NCBI RefSeq assembly: GCF_001457595.1 | Contig: NZ_LN831039.1 | Coordinates: 3,690,001 to 3,722,000, forward strand | DNA: 32,000 bases | Direction: 5' to 3' | Source: Mycolicibacterium smegmatis | GTDB lineage: Bacteria; Actinomycetota; Actinomycetes; Mycobacteriales; Mycobacteriaceae | Shown: piece after piece, positions 8,222 through 19,463 of the stretch | How positions within the stretch are numbered: the stretch's first letter is position 1 | How the letters are laid out: every line of letters begins with the position of its first letter | Notes under the pieces: generated by a model | What the model was told of the DNA's origin: nothing | What the model saw: the letters and a program-made list of their open reading frames with translations, nothing else | Databases searched by the model: none | Position numbers and translations under genes: made by a program

Positions 8222-9523
8222 ATGCCGGACTGGGTCACCCACGCCATCTGGTGGCAGATCTATCCGCTGGGCTTCGTCGGCGCTCATCCCGCGGACCCGC
8301 CGCCAGGCCCCGACGAACACCGCCTGCGGCGCATCGTCGAATGGCTGGACCACGCAGTCGAACTCGGCGCGTCGGGCCTGGCGCTGGGCCCGGTGTTCGC
8401 GTCGCGCACGCACGGCTACGACACCACCGACCACCTGCGGATCGACCCGCGTCTGGGGGACGACGCCGACTTCGACCATGTGGTCGCCGAGGCGCACCGG
8501 CGCGGTCTGCGGGTGCTGCTCGACGGTGTGTTCAACCATGTGGGAACCGATTTCGCGCGTTACCGGCAAGCGCTCGAGGGTGACGCGGACAGCGCGGCGT
8601 GGTTCCGGCACCGCGACGGGAAGTTCGAGGTGTTCGAGGGGCACGGCGAACTCGTCGCGCTCAACCACGACAACCCCGAGGTGGTTAACTACACGGCCGA
8701 GGTCATGCGGCACTGGCTGGGCCGCGGCGCCGATGGTTGGCGTCTGGACGCCGCGTACGCGGTACCGGACCGGTTCTGGGCGCAGGTCCTGCCGATCGTG
8801 CGGCGCGAATTCGGCGACGCGTGGTTCGTCGGCGAGGTCATCCACGGGGACTACGCGGCAACGGTCGCGGCGTCGACCTTCGACTCGGTGACGCAGTACG
8901 AACTGTGGAAGGCCGTCTGGAGTGCGCTCAACGACGGCAACTTCCACGAGTTGGACTGGGCACTGCAGCGGCACAACGACTTTCTGGCGTCTTTCGTGCC
9001 GATGACGTTTGTCGGCAATCACGACGTGACCCGCATCGCCAGTGCGCTGTCCGATACGCGCCACCTGGAGCACGCACTCGTCATCCTGTTCACCACCGGC
9101 GGCATCCCGAGTGTCTACGCCGGCGACGAGTGGGGCTATGAGGGTGTCAAAGAGGAACGCCGCGGCGGCGACGACGCGGTGCGCCCCGAGTTCGGCGAAC
9201 GACCGGGTCCCGACGCGCCGGGCGCGGATGTGCTGCGGCTGCACCAGTATCTGATCGGTCTGCGCCGGCGCCATCCGTGGCTGCACTCCGCGACCACGGC
9301 CCCGCTGCTGCTGACCAACACGCAGTACGTGTACCGCAGCGCCGGTGCGGCGGGTGCGCTGGTGGTCGCCCTCAACCTCGACGACGCGCCCCTGCGCGTG
9401 GCACTGCCCGAACTGGGTGTGACCTCAGGAGTCGTGGTCGCCGGATCGAAGGCGCCGCCGCAGGAACAGATCGAGGTCACCGAGGTCCCGCCGCACGGGT
9501 GGCTGGTGATCGAGCCGCGCTGA
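8222..9523 (+). CDS. alpha-amylase family (GH13) glycosyl hydrolase
   Basis: ATG at 8222 (MPDWVTHAIWWQIYPLGF), 2 nt after the deaminase stop. The 8087 start in the track is a Gly/Arg-rich extension that overlaps the deaminase. The four GH13 signature regions are present: DGVFNHVG, GWRLDAAY, GEVIHGDY, FVGNHDV. Confidence 0.85.
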   Translation: MPDWVTHAIWWQIYPLGFVGAHPADPPPGPDEHRLRRIVEWLDHAVELGASGLALGPVFASRTHGYDTTDHLRIDPRLGDDADFDHVVAEAHRRGLRVLLDGVFNHVGTDFARYRQALEGDADSAAWFRHRDGKFEVFEGHGELVALNHDNPEVVNYTAEVMRHWLGRGADGWRLDAAYAVPDRFWAQVLPIVRREFGDAWFVGEVIHGDYAATVAASTFDSVTQYELWKAVWSALNDGNFHELDWALQRHNDFLASFVPMTFVGNHDVTRIASALSDTRHLEHALVILFTTGGIPSVYAGDEWGYEGVKEERRGGDDAVRPEFGERPGPDAPGADVLRLHQYLIGLRRRHPWLHSATTAPLLLTNTQYVYRSAGAAGALVVALNLDDAPLRVALPELGVTSGVVVAGSKAPPQEQIEVTEVPPHGWLVIEPR

Positions 9524-9525
9524 CG

Positions 9526-10011
9526 TCAGACCCGGCCCAGCAGACCGAGGGTCGCGGGATCGGGCGTACCGCCGTAGAGCAGGTCGAGAACCGCGACGAA
9601 CTCGGCGTCGTCCTCACCGGCCAGGGAGGCGACCTCGGCGAACAGGGTCATCGACGAGCGGACCTTGAGGTTGTCGGGTCTGCCGAAGATCTCCTCGGCG
9701 GATCGGCCCTCGATCTGCGCCACCACCTTCGCGCACTCGCGTAACCGCGCGCCCAGCACCGGGTGTCGCAGATAGGCGAGCGCCTCATCGCGCGAGGAGA
9801 TGCCGTAATGGTGCGCCGTGGGGCTGCGGCCGAGACCGCGCAGCTGGGGAAATACGAACCAGATCCAATGTGTGCGTTTGCGGCCGGACCGCAATTCGTC
9901 GAGCGCCGTCGGATAAACGCCTTCCTGTGCATCGACGAAACGGCGCAGATCGAACGGATCGTCCTCGGCGGCCACATGGTCAAATATCCCACAAGCGCGG
10001 TGCCAGGCCAC
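9526..10011 (-). CDS. DUF1810 family protein
   Basis: DPFDLRRFVDAQEGVYPTALDELRSGRKRTHWIWFVFPQLRGLGRSPTAHHYGI matches my memory of the DUF1810 signature. The real start may be the in-frame GTG at 9975. Converges on the GH13 gene with a 2-nt gap. Confidence 0.75.
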   Translation of the reverse strand: MAWHRACGIFDHVAAEDDPFDLRRFVDAQEGVYPTALDELRSGRKRTHWIWFVFPQLRGLGRSPTAHHYGISSRDEALAYLRHPVLGARLRECAKVVAQIEGRSAEEIFGRPDNLKVRSSMTLFAEVASLAGEDDAEFVAVLDLLYGGTPDPATLGLLGRV

Positions 10012-10066
10012 GATTTCGGCACAAAGAACGCTGTTGAGGTAAAGGGCCAGCTAATCTCTCTTTTCG

Positions 10067-12253
10067 ATGACAACAATCTCGGAGCCGACCATTTCGGGCG
10101 AATCGGCCACACAATCACGAATGCCGCGACGGCGCATGCTGTCCCGGATCAGCATCCAGTCCAAATTGCTGGCGATGTTGTTGGTCACCAGCGTGCTGTC
10201 CGCGGCTGTGGTCGGCTTCATCGGCTACCAGTCGGGCCGAAGCTCCCTGCGCGACTCCGTTTTCGACCGGCTCACCGAAATCCGTACGGCGCAGGCGCGG
10301 CAACTGGAAACGCAGTTCCGGAGTTTCCGCAATTCGCTGGTGATCTATACGCGGGGTACGACGGCGATCGAGGCCTCCCGGGCGTTCACCGCGGGTTTCG
10401 ACGAATTGGGCGACGCGACCATCAGCCCGGCCCAGCAGAAGGCGCTCACCGACTGGTACGAGAATCAGTTCTCGGCGACCACGGAGCATTCCGACACCGC
10501 CGACAAATTGGACGACAACGAGGTCGATGTCGAGGCGCTGCTGCCGTCGTCCAATTCGCAGAAATACCTGCAGGCGTTCTACACCGCGCCGTTCACCGAC
10601 TGGGACAGATCGATCGAGAACGACGACGCGGGAGACGGCAGCCGCTGGTCGGCGGCCAACGCGGTCTTCAACGGGTTCTTCCGCGAGATCGTGACACGCT
10701 CCGGCTTCGACGACGCGCTGCTGCTCGACACCAGGGGCAACGTCGTCTACACCGCGTACAAGGGCTCCGACCTGGGGACCAACATCTACACCGGCCCGTA
10801 CAAGGGCGGTGAACTGTCCGAGGCCTACCGGGAAGCCCTCAACTCGAACTCCGTGGACTATGTCGCCGTCACGGACTTCGGCATCTACCAACCGTCCGGT
10901 ACGCCGACCGCGTGGATGGTGTCGCCGATCGGCGGCGGCGGTCGTATCGAGGGCGTGCTGGCGCTGCAGTTCCCCATCAGCGTCGTCAACCAGTTGATGA
11001 CCATGGACGGCAAGTGGGAAGAGTCCGGGCTCGGCGAGACCGGTGAAACCTACCTCGTCGGACCCGACGGGCTCATGCGGTCGGATTCGCGGCTGTTCCT
11101 GGAGAACCCGGAGCAGTTCAAGGCCGACGTGGTCGAGGCCGGCACGCCTCCGGGTGTCGCCGAGCAGTCGATCCTGCACGGTGGTACCACTCTGGTGCAG
11201 CCGGTCAGCGACGAGGCGTCCAAGCTTGCCGGCCAGGGACAATCGGGCTCGATCATCGAACGCGACTATCTGGGGCAGGAGACCCTGCAGGCCTACGCCC
11301 CGCTGGACCTGACCGGACTGGACTGGTCGGTGGTGGCCAAGATCGACACCGCCGAAGCGTTCGCCCCGGTCACCAAGTTCACGCGCACCCTGGTGCTCTC
11401 GACCGTGGCGATGATCTTCGCGGTGTGCATCGCCGCGATCCTGCTGGCCCGCGTATTCGTCCGGCCCATCAGGCGTCTGGAGGCCGGCGCCCAGCAGATC
11501 AGCGCGGGCGACTACGGCGTCGCGCTGCCGGTGGTGTCCCGCGACGAATTCGGTGACCTGACAGTGGCGTTCAACGAGATGAGCCGCAACCTGCGCATCA
11601 AGGAGGACCTGCTCGACGAGCAACGCAAGGAGAACGACCGCCTGCTGCTGTCGTTGATGCCCGAGCCGGTGGTACAGCGGTACCGTGAGGGCGAGGAGAC
11701 CATCGCACAGGACCACCAGAACGTCACGGTGCTGTTCGCCGACCTCATGGGCCTCGACCGCCTGTCGGCGAGCATGAGTTCCGACGAGCACCTGGCGATC
11801 GTCAACAAGCTCGTGCGCCAGTTCGACGCGGCCGCCGAGAGCCTCGGTGTCGAACGGGTGCGGACACTGCACAACGGATACCTGGCCAGCTGCGGCCTGA
11901 CCGTTCCCCGGCTCGACAACGTGCGCCGCACAGTCGATTTCGCGTTCGAGATGCAGCGCATCGTCGACCGCTTCCGCGGCGAGACCGGGTACGACCTGCG
12001 GTTGCGGGCAGGCATCGACACCGGCACGGTCAGCAGCGGTCTGGTGGGCCGGTCGAGCCTGGCCTACGACATGTGGGGCGCCGCGGTCGACCTCGCCTAT
12101 CAGGTGCAGCGCGGTATGCCGCAGCCCGGCGTGTACGTCACCGATCAGGTGCACGACGCCATACGCGATATCCGCCAGTTCACCGCGGTCGGGTCGGTGA
12201 CCGTCGACGGCACCGAGCGACCGATCTGGCGGCTGTCGGAGCGCCAGTCATGA
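10067..12253 (+). CDS. membrane receptor with periplasmic Cache-like domain, HAMP domain and a class III adenylate/guanylate cyclase homology domain (catalytic residues degenerate)
   Basis: N-terminal TM (LLAMLLVTSVLSAAVVGFIGY); extracytoplasmic domain of about 330 aa with Cache-like segments (GNVVYTAYKGSDLGTN, GETGETYLVGPDGLMRSDSRL); second TM; HAMP (RPIRRLEAGAQQISAGDYGVALPVVSRDEFGDLTVAFNEMSRNL); CHD (VTVLFADLMGLD...ERVRTLHNGYLASCGL...RAGIDTGTVSSGLVG...YDMWGAAVDLAYQVQ). Confidence 0.85.
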   Translation: MTTISEPTISGESATQSRMPRRRMLSRISIQSKLLAMLLVTSVLSAAVVGFIGYQSGRSSLRDSVFDRLTEIRTAQARQLETQFRSFRNSLVIYTRGTTAIEASRAFTAGFDELGDATISPAQQKALTDWYENQFSATTEHSDTADKLDDNEVDVEALLPSSNSQKYLQAFYTAPFTDWDRSIENDDAGDGSRWSAANAVFNGFFREIVTRSGFDDALLLDTRGNVVYTAYKGSDLGTNIYTGPYKGGELSEAYREALNSNSVDYVAVTDFGIYQPSGTPTAWMVSPIGGGGRIEGVLALQFPISVVNQLMTMDGKWEESGLGETGETYLVGPDGLMRSDSRLFLENPEQFKADVVEAGTPPGVAEQSILHGGTTLVQPVSDEASKLAGQGQSGSIIERDYLGQETLQAYAPLDLTGLDWSVVAKIDTAEAFAPVTKFTRTLVLSTVAMIFAVCIAAILLARVFVRPIRRLEAGAQQISAGDYGVALPVVSRDEFGDLTVAFNEMSRNLRIKEDLLDEQRKENDRLLLSLMPEPVVQRYREGEETIAQDHQNVTVLFADLMGLDRLSASMSSDEHLAIVNKLVRQFDAAAESLGVERVRTLHNGYLASCGLTVPRLDNVRRTVDFAFEMQRIVDRFRGETGYDLRLRAGIDTGTVSSGLVGRSSLAYDMWGAAVDLAYQVQRGMPQPGVYVTDQVHDAIRDIRQFTAVGSVTVDGTERPIWRLSERQS

Positions 12254-13644
12254 GAAGCGTCCTCGAGGCCAACTGGTTCTACTGGGCGCTGAGCGTGGCC
12301 GTCGGGCTGCCGATCGGCCTGGTGCTGCTCACCGAACTGCACAACACCCTGGCCCGCCACGGCAGCTATCTGGCGCGGCCGGTCAGCCTGCTGCGCAACT
12401 ACATCCTGCCGCTCGCAGCGCTGCTGATCCTGCTCGTCAAGGGCAGTGAGATCTCCGCAGAGGCCACGCCGGTGCGGATCGTGGCGACCGGGTTCGGTTT
12501 CGTCGTCATCATCCTGCTGCTGTCGGGGCTCAACGCCACGCTGTTCCAGGGCGCCCCGGAAGGCAGCTGGCGCAAGCGGATCCCGTCGATCTTCCTCGAC
12601 GTGGCGCGCTTCGCGCTGATCGCCGTCGGCGTCGGCATGATCATGGCGTACGTGTGGGGCGCCAACGTGGGCGGCCTGTTCACCGCGCTGGGCGTCACGT
12701 CCATCGTGTTGGGCCTTGCGCTGCAGAACGCCGTCGGCCAGATCATCTCGGGCCTGCTGTTGTTGTTCGAGCAGCCCTTCCAGCTCGGCGACTGGCTCGA
12801 CACGCCGTCGGCACGCGGCCGCGTGGTCGAGGTCAACTGGCGCGCAACGCACATCGACACCGGCGGCGGGCTTCAGATCATGCCCAACTCGGTGCTCGCG
12901 GGCGCATCGTTCACCAACCTGAGCCGCCCGGAAGCCGCGCACTCCCTCTCGGTCACCACCACATTCGGGGCGTCGGATTCACCGGATACGGTGTGCGCGT
13001 TGCTCACCCGTGTCGCCACGCAGCTGCCGCAACGCCGCGCCGGTGCGGCACCCAAGGCGATTCCCCTTGGTGCCGGCGAGTACAAGACGTCGATCCCGCT
13101 GCGTACGCCCGCCGACGACTCGGCCGCACGTGCGGTGTTCGTGCGCTGGCTCTGGTATGCCGCTCGCCGCGCCGAACTGCACCTCGACGGGGAGACCGAC
13201 GATTTCAGCACGCCAGAACGGCTCACCAAGGCCGTCCGGCAGATGGCGCCCACGCTACGGCTGAGCCACACCGAACAGCAGGAGGTGCTCAACCATTCGG
13301 CACTGGTCCGGTTCGGTGCCGACGAGATCATCCAGGAGGCCGGCGAGATCCCGACTCGCATGAGCTTCATCGTCTCGGGCCGGGTCGGGGTGAGCGTGGC
13401 CGGCGACGGCGACGCCGTCATCCCGGTCCGCACGCTGACCGAGAACGACTTCCTGGGGCAGACCGCCTTGACCAGGGAGGGGGCCCTCGCCTCCGCGCAT
13501 GCACTGACCGAGACCACCGTGCTGCAGATCAGCCGGGAGTTCCTGGAGGAACTGGTGGCAGGCAATCCCCTGCTGCTGCTCGAGCTGAGCCGGATCATCG
13601 ACGACCGGCGCAGTGCGGCGCGCGAGGCGCTCACCGCGGACTGA
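12250..13644 (+). CDS. MscS-family mechanosensitive channel fused to a C-terminal cyclic-nucleotide-binding-like domain (bCNG-type architecture)
   Basis: The ATG at 12250 overlaps the cyclase stop (ATGA); the 12073 start in the track is an Arg-rich extension. MscS TM3/beta-domain signature GLFTALGVTSIVLGLALQNAVGQIISGLLLLFEQPFQLGDWL...GRVVEVNWRATHI. C-terminal CNB-like beta-roll (RFGADEIIQEAGEIPTRMSFIVSGRVGV...NDFLGQTAL...). Confidence 0.85.
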   Translation: MRSVLEANWFYWALSVAVGLPIGLVLLTELHNTLARHGSYLARPVSLLRNYILPLAALLILLVKGSEISAEATPVRIVATGFGFVVIILLLSGLNATLFQGAPEGSWRKRIPSIFLDVARFALIAVGVGMIMAYVWGANVGGLFTALGVTSIVLGLALQNAVGQIISGLLLLFEQPFQLGDWLDTPSARGRVVEVNWRATHIDTGGGLQIMPNSVLAGASFTNLSRPEAAHSLSVTTTFGASDSPDTVCALLTRVATQLPQRRAGAAPKAIPLGAGEYKTSIPLRTPADDSAARAVFVRWLWYAARRAELHLDGETDDFSTPERLTKAVRQMAPTLRLSHTEQQEVLNHSALVRFGADEIIQEAGEIPTRMSFIVSGRVGVSVAGDGDAVIPVRTLTENDFLGQTALTREGALASAHALTETTVLQISREFLEELVAGNPLLLLELSRIIDDRRSAAREALTAD

Positions 13645-13670
13645 CTTCTCGGAGTTCGTCTCCGGCGTCG

Positions 13671-13693
13671 CCTCCCGGTGTGTCACCGGGAGG
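13671..13693 (+). terminator. intrinsic-terminator-like hairpin (CCTCCCGGTG-TGT-CACCGGGAGG)
   Basis: Perfect 10-bp stem with a 3-nt loop, 27 nt after the stop at 13644. Followed by the direct repeat GTCTCGACG x2. Confidence 0.6.
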
Positions 13694-13770
13694 TCTCGAC
13701 GTTGTCTCGACGCTGATTCGCAATCGTTGCCCAACCGCGATCCGCCCCACCGGCGTTGTTACGCGTGTGA

Positions 13771-14862
<1,092 letters not shown>

Positions 14863-14877
14863 CAAACCACCCACCCA

Positions 14878-14912
14878 GGGAGCCTGCCGTTACCCCCCGA
14901 CGGCAGGCTCCC
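14878..14912. terminator. bidirectional terminator hairpin between the convergent fbpC-like and SDR genes
   Basis: Perfect 13-bp inverted repeat GGGAGCCTGCCGT-N9-ACGGCAGGCTCCC in the 62-nt gap between the stops at 14862 (+) and 14925 (-). Confidence 0.7.
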
Positions 14913-14924
14913 TGCCTGTCTGCC

Positions 14925-15686
14925 TCACCCCTGCACGGTGGGCCGGATGGTGAGATCGCCGATCTCGACGTCGTGCGGTTGCTCGATGGCGAACGCGATC
15001 GCACGGGCCACCGCGTCCGGGGACAGGCCGATGCGGTCCATCGTGGCGCGGGCCGCGTTTGCGTCGGGATCGCCGGGCGGGCCGCCGAGTTCGGTGCGCA
15101 CGTAGCCCGGTGAGATGGACGTGGTCCGGACGACGCCGTCGGTCGATTCCTGACGCAGCGCCTCCATGATCGTGCGCACCGCATTCTTGGTGCCCGCGTA
15201 CACCCCCATCTCCGGCACGATCTTGAGTCCGGCCGTCGAGACCACCGTGACGACATGACCGCGTCCCTGGCGCTCGAAGACCGGTGTGGCCGCGGCAATC
15301 CCGTGCAGTACCCCGCGCACGTTCACATCGATCACCGCCGACCACGTGTCGGTGTCGCCGTCGGCGAGGGGACCCAGCGTGGCAATGCCTGCATTGTTGA
15401 CCAGGACGTCGAGCCTGCCGAACTCGCGCACCGCGGTGGCGACGAGGTTGTCGACGTCGGCGCGCCGGGTGACGTCGACCGCGACCGCGACCGCGGCCCC
15501 GCCGGTTGAGCGGATCTCCTCGACGATGCGGTCCAGCCGGTCGGTGCGCCGCGCACCCAGCACCACCGACGCTCCGCGCGCCGCCAGCAGGCGCGCGGTC
15601 GCCTCACCGATTCCACTGCTCGCGCCGGTGATCGTGACGACCTGCCCGGCGACGCTGTCTTCGTGTGCGTGTTCGTGTGCGCTCAT
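14925..15686 (-). CDS. classical short-chain dehydrogenase/reductase (SDR)
   Basis: ATG at 15686 (MSAHEHAHEDSVAGQVVTITGASSGIGEATA). Motifs TGxxxGIG, NNAG, YAGTK. The 15839 start in the track would run into the lon promoter region. Confidence 0.85.
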   Translation of the reverse strand: MSAHEHAHEDSVAGQVVTITGASSGIGEATARLLAARGASVVLGARRTDRLDRIVEEIRSTGGAAVAVAVDVTRRADVDNLVATAVREFGRLDVLVNNAGIATLGPLADGDTDTWSAVIDVNVRGVLHGIAAATPVFERQGRGHVVTVVSTAGLKIVPEMGVYAGTKNAVRTIMEALRQESTDGVVRTTSISPGYVRTELGGPPGDPDANAARATMDRIGLSPDAVARAIAFAIEQPHDVEIGDLTIRPTVQG

Positions 15687-15792
15687 GGCAGCTACGAGCC
15701 TCCAGCAGCATGCGTCTATTCCCCGGACTGTCGCTCTCAGCGAAATCGCCGAGCGGCCCATGCCGGTGGGGAACAAACCACCGGCCCCCAGA

Positions 15793-15813
15793 GTTGAGTG
15801 CATCAGACTGAAG
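15793..15813. promoter_or_regulatory. HAIR-like (HspR-associated inverted repeat) box, GTTGAGT-N7-ACTGAAG
   Basis: Each arm matches 6/7 of the consensus CTTGAGT-N7-ACTCAAG, with the correct 7-nt spacer. It lies 12 nt upstream of the lon ATG and abuts the GGAGGA RBS (15817-15822). Confidence 0.5.
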
Positions 15814-15825
15814 TTTGGAGGACTG

Positions 15826-18165
<2,340 letters not shown>

Positions 18166-18209
18166 CGGTTCCGAGCGGTTTGGGGCGTCGTTGGGCTGCT
18201 GTGGGAAGT

Positions 18210-18277
18210 TCTGCGCGAGCGTGCGTGTTTGTAGGTTCTGACACGGTGTGTCGCCCGACGGGCGCGCACGCTCGGCG
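18210..18277. repeat. 68-nt intergenic hairpin repeat, copy A (second copy at 25934-26001)
   Basis: TCTGCGCGAGCGTGCGT (17/17) and CGCGCACGCTCGGCG (15/15) are identical between copies and separated by exactly 36 nt in both. 51/68 identical overall with no gaps. The ends contain the 10-bp inverted repeat CGAGCGTGCG/CGCACGCTCG. Confidence 0.6.
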
Positions 18278-18325
18278 GAAGGACGGACCGCACCCATGCC
18301 TAGACGTGGTGAGCCATTGCGCAAG

Positions 18326-19321
18326 ATGGGTTTCCTGACGATCGGCCGCTTCGACACGGCCGATCCCGGGCCCGGTCACGAGGAAACCCTGCGGATGATC
18401 GAACGGGCCGAGTCCCTGGGCTTCGACACGGTGTGGGTGCGCCAGCGCCACCTGCAGCCGGGGATCTCCTCACCGGTGGCCATCCTGGCCGCCGCGTCAC
18501 AGCGCACGAGCCGTATCGAACTGGGCACCGCGGTGATCCCGCTGGGACTGGAGAACCCGCTGCGGCTGGCCGAGGATCTGGCAACGGTCGACATCCTCTC
18601 CGGCGGCCGGCTCAACCCCGGCGTCTCGGTCGGCACGCCGATGCACTACGACAACTACCGCACCGCGCTCTACCCCGAGACGCACGCCGTGGAGAACTTC
18701 ACCAAGGACCGGGTGACGCGGCTTCTGGCAGGTCTGCGCGGCGACCCCGTCAGCAGCTTCGAGGGCACGATCGGCATCGAACGGTTCTCGCGTAGCGTGC
18801 AGCCACATTCCCCCGGACTCGCCGAACGGGTGTGGTACGGCGGCGGACTCGCATCGGCGATCTGGGCCGGCACGCAGGGACTGAACTACCTCACCAGCAA
18901 CGTCGTCTCCACCGAGGGCACCACCTCACGCGACTTCGGCACCATCCAGGCCGAGCAGATCGACGCATTCCTCGCCCACCACCCGAATCCGGCGACCGCG
19001 CGCGTCTCCCAGGGCCTCGTGGTGATCCCGACCGATTCCGCGACGTCGGCCCAGGTGCACAAGTACCGCGCCTACGCCACGGCGCGGCTGGAACGCACCC
19101 GCACCACCCACGGCCCCCGCGGGATGATGTTCGCGCCCGACCTCGTCGGCACCACCGACGAACTGGCGGAGATGCTCTACGAACACCCCGGGTTCCAGCG
19201 CGCCCGCGAGGTGGCGTTCGCGTTGCCATTCACGTTCGACGAAGAGGACTACGTGCAGATCGTCACCGACATGGCCGAGAAGCTCGGCCCGAAACTGGGC
19301 TGGACCGCCGCGGAGGCCTGA
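18326..19321 (+). CDS. LLM-class (luciferase-like) flavin-dependent oxidoreductase
   Basis: ATG at 18326 (MGFLTIGRFD...). ESLGFDTVWVRQRHLQPGISSP...ELGTAVIPLGLENPLRLAEDLATVDILSGGRLNPGV is typical of luciferase-like monooxygenase TIM barrels. Confidence 0.85.
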   Translation: MGFLTIGRFDTADPGPGHEETLRMIERAESLGFDTVWVRQRHLQPGISSPVAILAAASQRTSRIELGTAVIPLGLENPLRLAEDLATVDILSGGRLNPGVSVGTPMHYDNYRTALYPETHAVENFTKDRVTRLLAGLRGDPVSSFEGTIGIERFSRSVQPHSPGLAERVWYGGGLASAIWAGTQGLNYLTSNVVSTEGTTSRDFGTIQAEQIDAFLAHHPNPATARVSQGLVVIPTDSATSAQVHKYRAYATARLERTRTTHGPRGMMFAPDLVGTTDELAEMLYEHPGFQRAREVAFALPFTFDEEDYVQIVTDMAEKLGPKLGWTAAEA

Positions 19322-19327
19322 TCGACG

Positions 19328-19380
19328 GGCACAACCGGGAACACGTGTGCCGCCGGTGCCGGATGCCCGACAGCACCGGC
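19328..19380. terminator. two adjacent hairpins between the convergent LLM and mmpL genes
   Basis: GGCACA-N12-TGTGCC (19328-19351) and GCCGGTGC-N13-GCACCGGC (19352-19380), in the gap between the stops at 19321 (+) and 19464 (-). Confidence 0.4.
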
Positions 19381-19463
19381 CGGCGCTATGCGACGGAGAA
19401 TCCGCCCCCGACTCGCCCTGCTGTGACCATGGCGATCCCATCGCGTCGCCTCCCCCAGGTGCG

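Noticed and set aside
9521-9528. Palindrome TGACGTCA (CRE-like) at the junction of the convergent GH13 and DUF1810 genes.
   Set aside because: It is formed by the two facing stop codons (TGA and TCA) separated by CG. Most likely this is a coincidence of tight convergent packing rather than a binding site.
15286-15825. N-terminal extensions offered by the ORF track: lon from 15286, GH13 from 8087, MscS from 12073, fbpC from 13783, lipoprotein from 27297, mmpL to 22490, SDR to 15839, thioesterase to 4209, LLM from 18248, small TM proteins from 25972 and 27079.
   Set aside because: The extensions overlap neighbouring genes or regulatory sites, have non-coding-like Arg/Pro-rich composition, and skip internal starts that have good RBS spacing and family-typical N-termini.
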